47,628 nucleotides of DNA from an uncultured Pirellulaceae bacterium (lineage in GTDB: Bacteria > Planctomycetota > Planctomycetia > Pirellulales > Pirellulaceae). The translations under genes were made by a program, and so were the position numbers. The notes under the pieces are model-generated. The model did no database searches. It had not been told where the DNA came from and saw nothing but the letters and a program-made list of their open reading frames with translations. How positions within the stretch are numbered: position 1 is the stretch's first letter; every line of letters starts with the position of its first letter. Location of the stretch: NCBI GenBank assembly GCA_964510005.1, contig CAZDZX010000001.1:9926-57553 (forward strand), given 5' to 3'. Shown here piece by piece: positions 36,083-46,420 of this stretch.

Positions 36083-39000
36083 GTGAAAATCAATAATTTG
36101 CACGTCGATGGATTTGGCGTCTGGAAAGGTCTCGATGTCGACAACCTTTCCAGCGACATGACGGTCTTTCATGGCTACAACGAAGCCGGCAAAACAACGC
36201 TGATGCAATTCGTTCGCAGCATGATGTTCGGCTTTGACAACGGACGTCTCGCCAAATACACACCTCCGGTTTACGGGGGCCTTGCCGGCGGAGCGATGGA
36301 CATCACCATGCCCAACGGCGCTTGGGAAGTGGTTCGCAATGTAGACCCCAACCGTCTTGCCGACCCCATTGGTGACTTGACGGTAACCGACCAGCAGGAT
36401 GGTTCGGTCCACGGAAACGCTCAATTGACCTCGCTGTTGACGGATGTCGACGAGTCAATTTTCAATAACGTTTTCGCGATTGGCCTGCGAGAGATCCAAG
36501 AGCTAAGCGCACTCAACAGCACCGCTGCGTCGAATTACCTCTATCGCCTCACTAGCGGTTTGGATCGCGTTTCGCTGATCGACGTGATGCGCGACTTGAA
36601 CCAGCGCCGGGAATCCATTTGGTCAGCCGATCCCAAAGATTCATCGCGCCTCCAAGTCCTCACCGATCGCCGACAGAAATTACTACGCGAGATCGACGAC
36701 CTCAGACAGAAATCGAAGCGCTGGTCACGCATTGCTTCCGAAACAACGGATGTAGACAACCAACTTTCCGATCTGCGCGACCAGTTGAAGCAAGCAGAAA
36801 AAGAATGTCGCATGATCGAGATCGCGACCCAAATTTCTGATCGATGGCAAAACAGAATCGTTGTCCGCGATCAGATCGCCGCCTACAGCGGCCTTCCTGC
36901 CGAACGCGATCTCAACGTTTCACGTCTGGACGAACTCAACGAAAAAATCGCCCTGCAACGGGAGCGTATCGACCAAACTCGTGGTCAGCGAAAGCAAATC
37001 AAAAGCGAAGCCCTCTCGCTGCCGATCAACCGCGAATTGTGGGCTCAAAAGGCTCGCATCGAAGCCATCAGCGAACACGCCCCATGGGTTCAATCCCTCG
37101 AGCGGCAACATATCAATATCCAAGAGGAAATTGATCGAATCGAAAACACACTCGTTGGCGAAGTCGATGGACTGGGACTCAAAATCCGCGCTCGCGACGT
37201 CAACAAACTGGGCTCCGGTGGATTCCACCAACTCGAAGAGGCCGGTAAAAAGCTAACGGACTCGCAAGACGATCTCGAACAAGTCCGGCAGGACCTCGAG
37301 AAATCCGAATTCGATTTGGGCCAGCACAGTCAGCGACTGACCAAATCACAAGGCGAAACCGGTAGCGGCGAAACACTGGAAGAGACCAGTGCCTACGTCA
37401 ATCGACTGAAGCGCCGTGTTGAACTGGAACAAAAGATCGAAAAACTTACCCGTACTCAGGGCGATCTCGATCGCGACATCGACTCGGTGGTCAGCAATCA
37501 AGTCATCCCCGTCGAGAAACTCTCGATCATTGGCGTGGTTTTCATTCTGGGATTTGTATTCCTCTTCCTTGGTCTGATCTCGATGCTGACCGGAAGTGCA
37601 AACTTCGCCAACATCAGCCAGAGTTCAGGACTACTGTTTTTGATCATTGGCTTCGTTGGCTTGCTGTTGTCACTGGCCATCAAGTACCACTGTGAACATC
37701 TCGCTAAAGAAGAACTGGACGACTATCGCCATCAAGTCGACATCGTTCGTCAACAACTTAAGCGGGCGAAACTCGAACGCAACGAAATCGAAAAGCATTT
37801 GCCCGCCCACGCGATCACTCAGTACGACATGGCTTTGGAAGAAGCTCAAGGCAAACTGAATCGTTTGACGGATCTCGTGCCATTGCAAAACCGAGTCGAA
37901 AACACCCGTATGGGAATGGACGACCTGCGTCGACGACTGGCCGTTCAACAACGATCCGTTGAATCCGCTTCAAAGATCTGGCAACAGACACTCAAAGCAT
38001 CCGGCTTGCCTGTAGAACTGGAACCCCATCAACTTCGCGAGATCATGAATCGTAGAGATCGGATCGCCGGTTACAACACTCGACTGGAACAACTGCGGTC
38101 CGAACAAGAACAGAAAGTTCGCGAGATCAACACGATTCGACAACGAATCGATTCCACGATCCACGAAACCGGAATCCTATCTGGAACAACACACGGTTTA
38201 CATTCGTCAACTTCTGGGCATTCTCTGGATCCTCTGCACTCCACGACAAATCCACTTCACACCACGGATCCTTTGCTTTCGTCCACCACGACATTGCATT
38301 CAACGGATACGACCCGCCAACAATCGGGAAAGAAAGGCCGCAAGAAAGACCGTTCGATTACGCGTGGAAACACGACGATCCACGAAACTCGCCGCGGAAA
38401 TCGCAACGACGGATCAACAGTCGGCGAAACATCAATGCACCGCCCTGATGGAACAAGAGTTGATGAGCACCGAACATCGACATCAACAACCAGGACAAAC
38501 TATCGGGAGACCACACATCTCACCAATGGGATGAATGTGAGTGATCGCCTGACGATGGTCACCCGAGCAATCAACGAGCAGCGAGTTCATGTTAAAGCTC
38601 GCAAAGAGCTCGCCAATCGCTACAAATCTTTGCGGACTCGATTGAATAAATCGAAACGCGAGCTTGATCGTCAACTGGGGTTCAAGCAACGTTTGCTTTC
38701 GACCGTGGGTGCAGAATCCGAAGCGGCGTTTCGCGAAATGGCTGCCAAGCACACCCGTCGACGCAAATTGAAGCGTAAAGAAGCGGACCTAAACGACCAA
38801 ATCCAATTGGCCACCGGCAAGCACTTTACCAACGAAGACATGGGGAACATTTTCTCCAACTTCGGAACCAGCGGATTGGAAAAGCACTGGGAGCAATTGC
38901 AATTGGCCATCGACGAGGCTCGCGAAGAGCAAAATCGACTGATGCAACTTCGGGGCGAATTGATGCAAGAAGTCAAAGCCCTCGGCGAAGACTCGCGACT

Positions 39001-39895
39001 GGATGTGGTCCGTTTGGAACTGAATTCGATCGAAGCCGAAATCAGCAAACTCAAAACCAAATGGCAGGAGTTGGGCGCCAGTTCTCAGATGTTGGAGATG
39101 ATTCGTGAGTCCTACGAATCGAAGCGACAACCAGAGACACTGAAAGAGGCATCGAACTATCTGACCAAACTCAGCGAAGGAAAATACGTTCGGATCTGGA
39201 CTCGCATGACCGGCGAAGAGCTTTTGGTCGACAATGCGAACGATGAAACTCTACCGGTAGAAAACCTCAGCCGCGGTACTCGCGAAGCCGTATTCTTGAG
39301 TTTGCGACTGGCCTTGGTGGGTGCTTATGCCCGTCGCGGCGCCGTGGTTCCGATGGTATTGGACGATGTCTTGGTTAACTTCGATGGCCAACGAGCTCGT
39401 TCGGCCGCCGAAGTCCTGTATGACTTCTCAAGAAACGGTTACCAGATTCTGATGTTTACATGTCACGATCACATTCGCGACATTTTCCATTCACTGGGCG
39501 CCGACGTCAGAATCTTGCCAGCTCACAAGGACGTATTTGATTCGTCAGCCAAACCAATTCGCTACGGCGATGAAGAACAGCGATACGATTACCCGTCCCA
39601 CATTGAGGAACCGCAACCTACATTCGCCCCACCGGTTCAGTTTGAAACAACCCAAGAGCCGTACCGGATTCCGGTTGAATACGTGGCTCCCATGTCACAG
39701 ATCGATCTAGCTGCGGGCGCATTTGATGAAGCACTCCGTTACGAACTTTCGGCAGTGGCTTCGGATCAACAGCGAGAACATCAACTTCGCAGCGACATGG
39801 TTTTCATTCCAACGACGCACCCCACGCATGAAATCATGCTCTCGGGTAACGATCCGATTTGGAGAGAAACAAGCCCCGTGATTCACCACACCTAA
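36083..39895 (+). CDS. YhaN-like (AAA_27) SMC/Rad50-type ATPase with central TM hairpin
   Basis: GTG start after AAGGAG; KINNLHVDGFG, Walker A GYNEAGKTT, coiled coils, two TMs, signature LSRGTRE, Walker B VLDDVLVNFD and FTCH. Confidence 0.92.
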   Translation: MKINNLHVDGFGVWKGLDVDNLSSDMTVFHGYNEAGKTTLMQFVRSMMFGFDNGRLAKYTPPVYGGLAGGAMDITMPNGAWEVVRNVDPNRLADPIGDLTVTDQQDGSVHGNAQLTSLLTDVDESIFNNVFAIGLREIQELSALNSTAASNYLYRLTSGLDRVSLIDVMRDLNQRRESIWSADPKDSSRLQVLTDRRQKLLREIDDLRQKSKRWSRIASETTDVDNQLSDLRDQLKQAEKECRMIEIATQISDRWQNRIVVRDQIAAYSGLPAERDLNVSRLDELNEKIALQRERIDQTRGQRKQIKSEALSLPINRELWAQKARIEAISEHAPWVQSLERQHINIQEEIDRIENTLVGEVDGLGLKIRARDVNKLGSGGFHQLEEAGKKLTDSQDDLEQVRQDLEKSEFDLGQHSQRLTKSQGETGSGETLEETSAYVNRLKRRVELEQKIEKLTRTQGDLDRDIDSVVSNQVIPVEKLSIIGVVFILGFVFLFLGLISMLTGSANFANISQSSGLLFLIIGFVGLLLSLAIKYHCEHLAKEELDDYRHQVDIVRQQLKRAKLERNEIEKHLPAHAITQYDMALEEAQGKLNRLTDLVPLQNRVENTRMGMDDLRRRLAVQQRSVESASKIWQQTLKASGLPVELEPHQLREIMNRRDRIAGYNTRLEQLRSEQEQKVREINTIRQRIDSTIHETGILSGTTHGLHSSTSGHSLDPLHSTTNPLHTTDPLLSSTTTLHSTDTTRQQSGKKGRKKDRSITRGNTTIHETRRGNRNDGSTVGETSMHRPDGTRVDEHRTSTSTTRTNYRETTHLTNGMNVSDRLTMVTRAINEQRVHVKARKELANRYKSLRTRLNKSKRELDRQLGFKQRLLSTVGAESEAAFREMAAKHTRRRKLKRKEADLNDQIQLATGKHFTNEDMGNIFSNFGTSGLEKHWEQLQLAIDEAREEQNRLMQLRGELMQEVKALGEDSRLDVVRLELNSIEAEISKLKTKWQELGASSQMLEMIRESYESKRQPETLKEASNYLTKLSEGKYVRIWTRMTGEELLVDNANDETLPVENLSRGTREAVFLSLRLALVGAYARRGAVVPMVLDDVLVNFDGQRARSAAEVLYDFSRNGYQILMFTCHDHIRDIFHSLGADVRILPAHKDVFDSSAKPIRYGDEEQRYDYPSHIEEPQPTFAPPVQFETTQEPYRIPVEYVAPMSQIDLAAGAFDEALRYELSAVASDQQREHQLRSDMVFIPTTHPTHEIMLSGNDPIWRETSPVIHHT

Positions 39896-39923
39896 ACGGT
39901 CGCCAACATTTTGCTGCACGACC

Positions 39924-40131
39924 GTAGGGCCGGTTCCCACCGGCCGAAAATCCCCAACGCCCGGAATCCGAATTCGGCAGCAGTCGTAGGGCCGGTTCCC
40001 ACCGGCCAGAATTTCCCTAACGCTCAGCATCGGCAATCGGCATTCGGCCAGCAGCCGTAGGGCCGGTTCCCACCGGCCAGAACTTCCCTACCCCTCAGCA
40101 TCGGCAATCGGCCGGTAGGAACCGGCCCTAC
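39924..40131. repeat. GTAG-type REP cluster (BIME/REPIN-like), family 1: three direct copies and one inverted copy
   Basis: GTAGGGCCGGTTCCCACCGGCC at 39924, 39986 and 40057; inverted GGCCGGTAGGAACCGGCCCTAC at 40110-40131; between convergent genes. Confidence 0.9.
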
Positions 40132-40136
40132 CTCGG

Positions 40137-41129
40137 TTATCCAACTGTTTCCGCAACCACAGCTGTTCGTCGCCCCATTCGCCGAACAACCACGCGGCCA
40201 ACGATCCAAGCGATTGCGACCAACGCCAACGCAAACCCGATATTGAAAACGTTGCGAACCAACCCCACCGCAACATTTTCGCCGGTTCGAATTGCCTGCT
40301 GTGAAGCCGATTGCCATGCATTTGAAATTCGATTTGAGAACGATGAAGCCACCATCGGCGCTGGCGGTCTTTCAAGTTCACGAACCTTCAATCGGATCGT
40401 CGACATTCCAGTGACGTCGGACAAGTAACGAATTCGCCCCTCCATTCGCTCTATCTCTTCACGCACTCGCGCCAATTCGTGTTCGACTTCGATCATTCGT
40501 CGAAGCTCGCTCTTGGCTTGGTCCAATAACGCCGCGATGCGGTCTTCCAACAGTTTCTTGTTCTTGATGCGGGCTTCGAGATCGTAAAATTCCGCGGTTA
40601 CATCGGTGGCCTTTTCATTGCGAGAAATCAACTCGCCCAGATTGCCAACGGAATCGACCAATTGACGGTAAGCCGTGACAGGTACGCGAATGGTCCAATC
40701 GCCCGAACGATTTTCCGAAATCTGGTTTGAGATCTGGGCGTTGGAAATATAACCGCCATGCCGCTCGACCAATGCGGAGATCTTCGATTCCATCCCATCA
40801 AAATCTTCCACCCGCAGATGAACATCCGAATCAAAGATCACTCGACGATTGTGCTGCGCCTTTTGGGAAACGATACCCTCGCCGGCTTCGCCTTCTTCGC
40901 CTTCTTCGGGCCGCCCCACAAGATCTTCGTCACCTTCCGGGACCTTCCCAGAGCCCATTCCGCCGTGGCTTTTCCCTTGTCTTGTGGGCACGGACTCACT
41001 GCTCGCTACGGAATTATCGAATCCTTTTGTGGAATCATAAACCGCTTCGCTGTAACGTTGGTCGCCACAGCCCAGCATTAGAAACAATAGGAACGAAAAC
41101 GCAAAAATGGGAACAATTGAACGGAGCAT
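40137..41129 (-). CDS. DUF4349-domain lipoprotein
   Basis: Lipobox LMLG-C, RRVIFDSDVHLRV, IRVP, DVTAEFYDLEAR, coiled coil and C-terminal TM. Confidence 0.9.
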   Translation of the reverse strand: MLRSIVPIFAFSFLLFLMLGCGDQRYSEAVYDSTKGFDNSVASSESVPTRQGKSHGGMGSGKVPEGDEDLVGRPEEGEEGEAGEGIVSQKAQHNRRVIFDSDVHLRVEDFDGMESKISALVERHGGYISNAQISNQISENRSGDWTIRVPVTAYRQLVDSVGNLGELISRNEKATDVTAEFYDLEARIKNKKLLEDRIAALLDQAKSELRRMIEVEHELARVREEIERMEGRIRYLSDVTGMSTIRLKVRELERPPAPMVASSFSNRISNAWQSASQQAIRTGENVAVGLVRNVFNIGFALALVAIAWIVGRVVVRRMGRRTAVVAETVG

Positions 41130-41222
41130 GGAAAATTCCCCTGGAAGAAAGACGAAACCATTGTTTGGATAAATTTGCTACGATTAAGTTCCACGTTTGT
41201 GCACACTTTTTGCGGAAAATTC

Positions 41223-43025
41223 ATGCAACTTGCTTTTATCGATTGGCTCATCATCGTTTTGTTCTTTGCTGTTTCGATCGGAATCGGCATCTGGGCGAGT
41301 CGCTCCGCGGGAAAAAGCTTCAAAGATTATTTCCTTGCCGGTGGGAAAATGAGCTGGTGGCTGCTGGGCGTTTCCATGGTGGCAACCACCTTTGCTGCCG
41401 ACACCCCCGGACTGGTCACGCAACTCGTTCGCCAAGGAGGGGTGAGCGGAAATTGGGCGTGGTGGGCGTTTCTACTGACAGGTTTGCTGACAGTATTCGT
41501 GTACGCAAAACTCTGGAAACGCAGTGGAGTCCTGACCGATTTGGAATTTTACGAACTTCGCTACGGTGGAAAGCTGGGAGGATTCTTGCGAGGGTTTCGA
41601 GCAATCTACCTTGGGGTCGTGTTCAACTGCATGGTGATGGCCGTCGTAGTACTGGCTGCAATTAAGCTGAGCGGAGTTTTGCTGGGAGCTTCGCCGATTA
41701 CCACCGTACTGGTGGCCGGAACCGTGACGGTTGCCTACACATTTTTAGGCGGTTTAAAAGGCGTCATCCTGACCGACTTTTTCCAGTTTGCCATCGCCAT
41801 GATTGGGGCCGTCGCCGCAGCGATTGTGCTGTGCGATCAACCCGAGATCGGTGGATTTTCGAATCTACTGGCCCACAAAAACGTCGCGGGAAAACTCGCA
41901 ATTCTACCGGACTTCTCCAATTCCGGCATTCTTCCACTGCTGATTATCCCACTGGCTGTTCAGTGGTGGAGCTCTTGGTATCCGGGAGCAGAACCTGGCG
42001 GAGGCGGCTATGTTGCCCAAAGAATGCTGAGCGCTAAAAGTGAGAGCGACGCGACAGCCGCAACGTTGTTTTTTCAAATCGCACACTACGCTTTAAGACC
42101 GTGGCCATGGATCATCGTGGCCCTCGCTTCACTGGCTGTCTTTCCCGACTTGAACAGCATTTCGGCCGCGTTTCCAGAAGTTGATCCGAGCCTACTGGGA
42201 GACGATATCGCCTACCCCGCCATGCTGTCGCGGTTGCCGACCGGCTTACTGGGCTTAGTGATCGCAAGCTTGATCGCGGCGTTCATGTCCACGATCTCCA
42301 CGCACCTAAACTGGGGCGGATCTTATGTGGCTCATGATTTCTATGGCAGGTTTATCAAACAAGATGCCTCTGAATCTGAACTGGTTTGGATCGGTAGAGC
42401 TTCGACCATCGGATTGATGGTGATCGCGAGCGTGCTGGCCTTATTTATCCAAAGCGCTGGTGATGGCTTCAACATGATTGTGCAGTTTGGCGCCGGCACC
42501 GGGTTGATTTACATCCTGCGGTGGTTTTGGTGGAGAGTTAATGCGTGGTCAGAGATCGTGGGCATGGCCGTTTCAACAATTGTTGCCTTAATTTTCGTGG
42601 CCACCGCCCTACCGGCAGAAGCCACGGAAATCGAAAAAGCGGCCGCCATGCAACCTTGGCACAAAATTCTGATCGGCGTTTTGATTACCAATGCCGCTTG
42701 GATTGCGGTCACGTTTTTGACGCGCCCTTCCGACCAAGCGACTCTGGAATCGTTCTATCAGAAAGTTAGACCCGACGGACGCGGCTGGGAACCCATCCGT
42801 CGATCTCTGGCGGACCAAGGAATCGACGTCCAACTCGATGGCTCAATCACCAGTGGAGTTTTAGCAATGGTAGCGGCAACGTTCCTAGTTTACTCACTGT
42901 TGTTTGGCGTCGGTTACTTTCTATATGGCCAGTGGATCTACGCCGGGATAAGTGCCGCCATTGCTGCGACCGCCGCTTCGGCGATCATCTGGATATGGCC
43001 AAGACTGAAGATGGGAAATCAATAG
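41223..43025 (+). CDS. Sodium:solute symporter (SSS) family transporter
   Basis: DYFLAGGKMSWW, SMVATTFAADTP, GGLKGVILTD, AQRMLSAKSE and AAFMST; many TMs. Confidence 0.95.
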   Translation: MQLAFIDWLIIVLFFAVSIGIGIWASRSAGKSFKDYFLAGGKMSWWLLGVSMVATTFAADTPGLVTQLVRQGGVSGNWAWWAFLLTGLLTVFVYAKLWKRSGVLTDLEFYELRYGGKLGGFLRGFRAIYLGVVFNCMVMAVVVLAAIKLSGVLLGASPITTVLVAGTVTVAYTFLGGLKGVILTDFFQFAIAMIGAVAAAIVLCDQPEIGGFSNLLAHKNVAGKLAILPDFSNSGILPLLIIPLAVQWWSSWYPGAEPGGGGYVAQRMLSAKSESDATAATLFFQIAHYALRPWPWIIVALASLAVFPDLNSISAAFPEVDPSLLGDDIAYPAMLSRLPTGLLGLVIASLIAAFMSTISTHLNWGGSYVAHDFYGRFIKQDASESELVWIGRASTIGLMVIASVLALFIQSAGDGFNMIVQFGAGTGLIYILRWFWWRVNAWSEIVGMAVSTIVALIFVATALPAEATEIEKAAAMQPWHKILIGVLITNAAWIAVTFLTRPSDQATLESFYQKVRPDGRGWEPIRRSLADQGIDVQLDGSITSGVLAMVAATFLVYSLLFGVGYFLYGQWIYAGISAAIAATAASAIIWIWPRLKMGNQ

Positions 43026-43364
43026 TTTCTCTGAGTCGCGTTTTTCAGCCTCCGGCATCCAGCCAACGGCTCATTGAAACAATGCCCAAATTTTGCGAAG
43101 CGGGTCCATGCTCGTGGTTTCCTCCTTGAGCAGGAGGACGAAAATTGCCAAAATCCAACGCGTCTAGGGGATAGCTCACCAATCGTGGGCGCCGAAATGA
43201 AGCGAGCCAAAACACAACCGCTAATACTGTAAGATCATGCCCCCTGAACTCACGAATTTTCTGCAACTTTTGGCTACCGACAACAACCTGAGCTATTTCG
43301 TTTAAACTGTTTCAAAACACTTGCCATCCACGCAACGCAAGAGACTTCGGATAGGACCCAAACC

Positions 43365-46097
43365 ATGAAAGCACTGGATCTAAGCGCCATTCAACTGAGC
43401 GCCATTCTATTTTGCTTGCTCGCCTGCTGCTCGGCGCGAGCCGATCAGACCACCATTGTCGTCGATCCCAATGGCCCCATTGCAAATCTAGAAGAAGCCC
43501 GATTGAAAGTTCGGGAACTCAAGAAGAAGGCACCCGACCAAGCGATCGAAGTCGTCATCAAGGGCGGCGTTTACGCTCTGCAAAAGACCGTTGTGTTTGG
43601 CCTAGAAGATTCGGGAACCCAAACAGCTCCGATCGTTTACAAAGCAGCCTCTGGTGAACAGCCTATCTTCACCGGCGGCGTACCGATCACCGGATGGAAA
43701 AAGCTTACCACGGAACCCAAGGGCATTTCAGAAAAGGCACATGGAAAACTGTGGGTGGCTGAGATCCCAAAGAACTTGGACAAATCTTGGGTGATCCGAT
43801 CGCTCTACGACAGTGATTCGCTACTCACACGGGCAAGGTCCGGAAGCTTTCGGTACGCAGAGTTCGAAAAAGAAAATGACTTTAACCGTCAAGGCAAAAA
43901 GCTGACAAGCCTGTTGGAATACGAAGGCGATCCGGTGGCGCCCTTTGATCGAACGGTTCGCTACAAGAACGACGACATCAAGGACTGGCCCAACCCTTCG
44001 GATATCGAGTTGATTCTGAAGGACCGTCCATGGTTGGCCAACGTCATCTCGCTCGACCGCATTGACACTGAGAAAAAGATCGCACACTTGGCAGTGGATC
44101 CGACGTATCAGCCGATCAACCCACGCAATCGCTATTGGGTCGAAAACGCGATCGAGTATCTGGACGAACCCGGAGAATGGGTCGTCAACACCAACGAAGG
44201 CCGCATCTACATGTGGCCGGAAAAAGACATGGCCGACATGAATGTAATGGCGCCCTATCTGCAGGAATTCATCCGCGTCGAAGGCACCGAAGACGGCCCG
44301 TTTGCGTCGCACCTTCGTTTCGAAGGGCTCACCTTCACTCATGGCGTGCGCGATACTCTGCTCGAAAAAGATCAGGGCCTGCAACACGATTGGGAAATGT
44401 ACGACAAAGCCAATGCCGTGATTCGGTTTCGCTTTGCCGAAGACTGTGAAGTTAAATCCTGTGTCATCAAATCCAGCAGCGGCACCGGCATCCGCTTGGA
44501 CCTACATTGCCAACGCATCGCGATCGCCAGCAACCACCTGCACCATCTTGGCGGAGGCGGCATTGTGCTCAGTGGCTATGGACCCGGCATCAAAGACGTC
44601 AACAAAAACAACGTGGTGCATGACAACTACATTCACCACATCGGTGAGCTTCTGCTGCATTCCGCGGCGATTTTTATCGCACAAAGCGGCCACAACGAAA
44701 TCACTCACAACACGATTCAGGAAGTGCCCTACAACGGCATCGTGGTCAGCGGTTGTCGCCCACATGAATTTTATCTGGTCAAACGAATCCCCTTTCGGCG
44801 CGCATGGGTTTCTTCGATTCGCTTCGAAGAGTGTGAACCGTTTATTAAAAAGGGGCTGGCGGCGGAATCGCAGAATCGCCTCTCGCACTTCTTGCCACTG
44901 CTTCACGCCCGCGAAAACAAGATCGGCATGAACGACATCTCGCGGACGCTGCTGAAACTGCATGACGGCAACGCGATCTATTTTTCAGCCATGGGTGAAG
45001 ACAACGTTGTAGAGCGCAACTATCTTCACAAAAACCACGACACCGCCGGGGCCGTTCGCCTTGATGACAATCCAAGCTTCACGATCATCCGCGAAAATGT
45101 GATCACCGAATCGGAGCGAGGCTTTGGGCTCAAAGGGCCTGCCGACCTTATCAATAACTTTGTTTTCACAGAGACCTTTCTGCGCGGACGCAGCTTGCCC
45201 AGTTGGCTGGGCGGTACCAAAAAAGTCCTGCCGCAGAGAAACATCTTTCTCCCCGAAGCTTCCTCCAAATCGACCGACGGTCTCTATCTGACAGACAATC
45301 GCGCCAAGAATCGGCCCTTTTATCAGAACCTCCCTCGGATGGAGGACTCGATCTACTTCACCAAGAACCAGAGCACGCCGTATGTACCAAAAGAGAAACT
45401 GGGAAGCGATCTGTTTTCCGGCCAAGCGGCAAAGATTGGCGAAGGTTCAGTGAAGCTGCTTTATACAGATCCGATGTTTGACGAAGAGGCAATGAAGGAA
45501 GGTTTCTACCGTTTCAAAAAGGGTTCACCGGCGGAAAAACTTGGCATCAAACCGATCGACCTGCGAAAAGTCGGGTCGTCGTTGGCCGATAGGCCCTCGT
45601 TTACACATTCTGCTTCTGTCGATGGCGGGATCGTCTTTGACTTGATCGATGGCACGGCACTGGACGGAAAAGCCGGGATCGTTGGGGCGCAGATGTCCGC
45701 CAGTGGCATCACGCTAACCACACGCGCAATCATCGGCAGCGACCAGTCCAATGAGGGCAATACGACCACCATTTATAGAGGCGTTGATGCGCTCAGTATC
45801 AACACCGGCTCAGTGGGCGGTAGTGAGTATCAAAACTTCGACCCCAACGAGGCTTGGGTTTTTGATTTTGATGCAGACCTCGAACGGGTTGCCATAAAAT
45901 TCAACGGGCTGGACGATGGCGAGACCATGAAAATCACCATTCTTGATGGCAGTCATGACGGGGCCGGGACCTCACAAACAGTGACGGATGCTGATGATGT
46001 GACGCTCGAAAAACCACTGCCCGCCGGAACGGACATCCGGATCGAGCAAGTTACCGGCAAAGCGCGAATCGATTCGATTTCGGTTACCGAAAAGTAA
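43365..46097 (+). CDS. Secreted right-handed parallel beta-helix protein (GH141-like glycoside hydrolase) with extra C-terminal domain
   Basis: Signal peptide; GGVYALQKTVVFGLEDSG, YWVENAIEYLDEPGEW, NHLHHLGGGGI, NYIHHIG, HNTIQEVPYNGI, DGNAIY and RLDD. Confidence 0.82.
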   Translation: MKALDLSAIQLSAILFCLLACCSARADQTTIVVDPNGPIANLEEARLKVRELKKKAPDQAIEVVIKGGVYALQKTVVFGLEDSGTQTAPIVYKAASGEQPIFTGGVPITGWKKLTTEPKGISEKAHGKLWVAEIPKNLDKSWVIRSLYDSDSLLTRARSGSFRYAEFEKENDFNRQGKKLTSLLEYEGDPVAPFDRTVRYKNDDIKDWPNPSDIELILKDRPWLANVISLDRIDTEKKIAHLAVDPTYQPINPRNRYWVENAIEYLDEPGEWVVNTNEGRIYMWPEKDMADMNVMAPYLQEFIRVEGTEDGPFASHLRFEGLTFTHGVRDTLLEKDQGLQHDWEMYDKANAVIRFRFAEDCEVKSCVIKSSSGTGIRLDLHCQRIAIASNHLHHLGGGGIVLSGYGPGIKDVNKNNVVHDNYIHHIGELLLHSAAIFIAQSGHNEITHNTIQEVPYNGIVVSGCRPHEFYLVKRIPFRRAWVSSIRFEECEPFIKKGLAAESQNRLSHFLPLLHARENKIGMNDISRTLLKLHDGNAIYFSAMGEDNVVERNYLHKNHDTAGAVRLDDNPSFTIIRENVITESERGFGLKGPADLINNFVFTETFLRGRSLPSWLGGTKKVLPQRNIFLPEASSKSTDGLYLTDNRAKNRPFYQNLPRMEDSIYFTKNQSTPYVPKEKLGSDLFSGQAAKIGEGSVKLLYTDPMFDEEAMKEGFYRFKKGSPAEKLGIKPIDLRKVGSSLADRPSFTHSASVDGGIVFDLIDGTALDGKAGIVGAQMSASGITLTTRAIIGSDQSNEGNTTTIYRGVDALSINTGSVGGSEYQNFDPNEAWVFDFDADLERVAIKFNGLDDGETMKITILDGSHDGAGTSQTVTDADDVTLEKPLPAGTDIRIEQVTGKARIDSISVTEK

Positions 46098-46206
46098 AAC
46101 CGAGAAACCGCTTAAAAGACGCCACGAATCCGCCCTTTCGGGGACGGTTGAAGCAAGCCGGATTTGCAAACAGCTTCTCTGTCTTTTGTGTCGACCGCTG
46201 AGGTTG

Positions 46207-46240
46207 TGAAAAATTGCAGCTGGACTGGCAACAGTTCAGA
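46207..46240 (+). repeat. Dispersed REP-like element, family 2, copy 2
   Basis: TGAAAAATTGCAGCTGGACTGGCAACAGTTCAGA; matches 34382-34416 with about four differences. Confidence 0.68.
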
Positions 46241-46420
46241 CACCTAGGGTCTAGGCGGAACGCCGCAATGGAAGGACATCGAGCCCGCCGTTTTCAATGG
46301 CTTTTCGGTTGCGGAAAAAACCGCGATCCTCGACAAACAGCTTTCCCGCTCGCCAAAGGAACAACGAACGCACTCAATAAATGGAAGCTCGATCTTAGAG
46401 GGAAGCTCGATCTCGGAAAA

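Noticed and set aside
39924-40131. Possible mini-CRISPR array
   Set aside because: Spacers are unequal and similar to each other, one copy is inverted, the repeat has the GTAG-hairpin REP signature, and no cas genes are present
40727-41665. 312-aa plus-strand ORF
   Set aside because: Overlaps the DUF4349 gene antisense and the SSS gene out of frame; Arg-rich, non-protein-like composition
46383-46413. Tandem GGAAGCTCGATCT duplication
   Set aside because: Only two 13-bp copies in a convergent intergenic gap; most likely slippage
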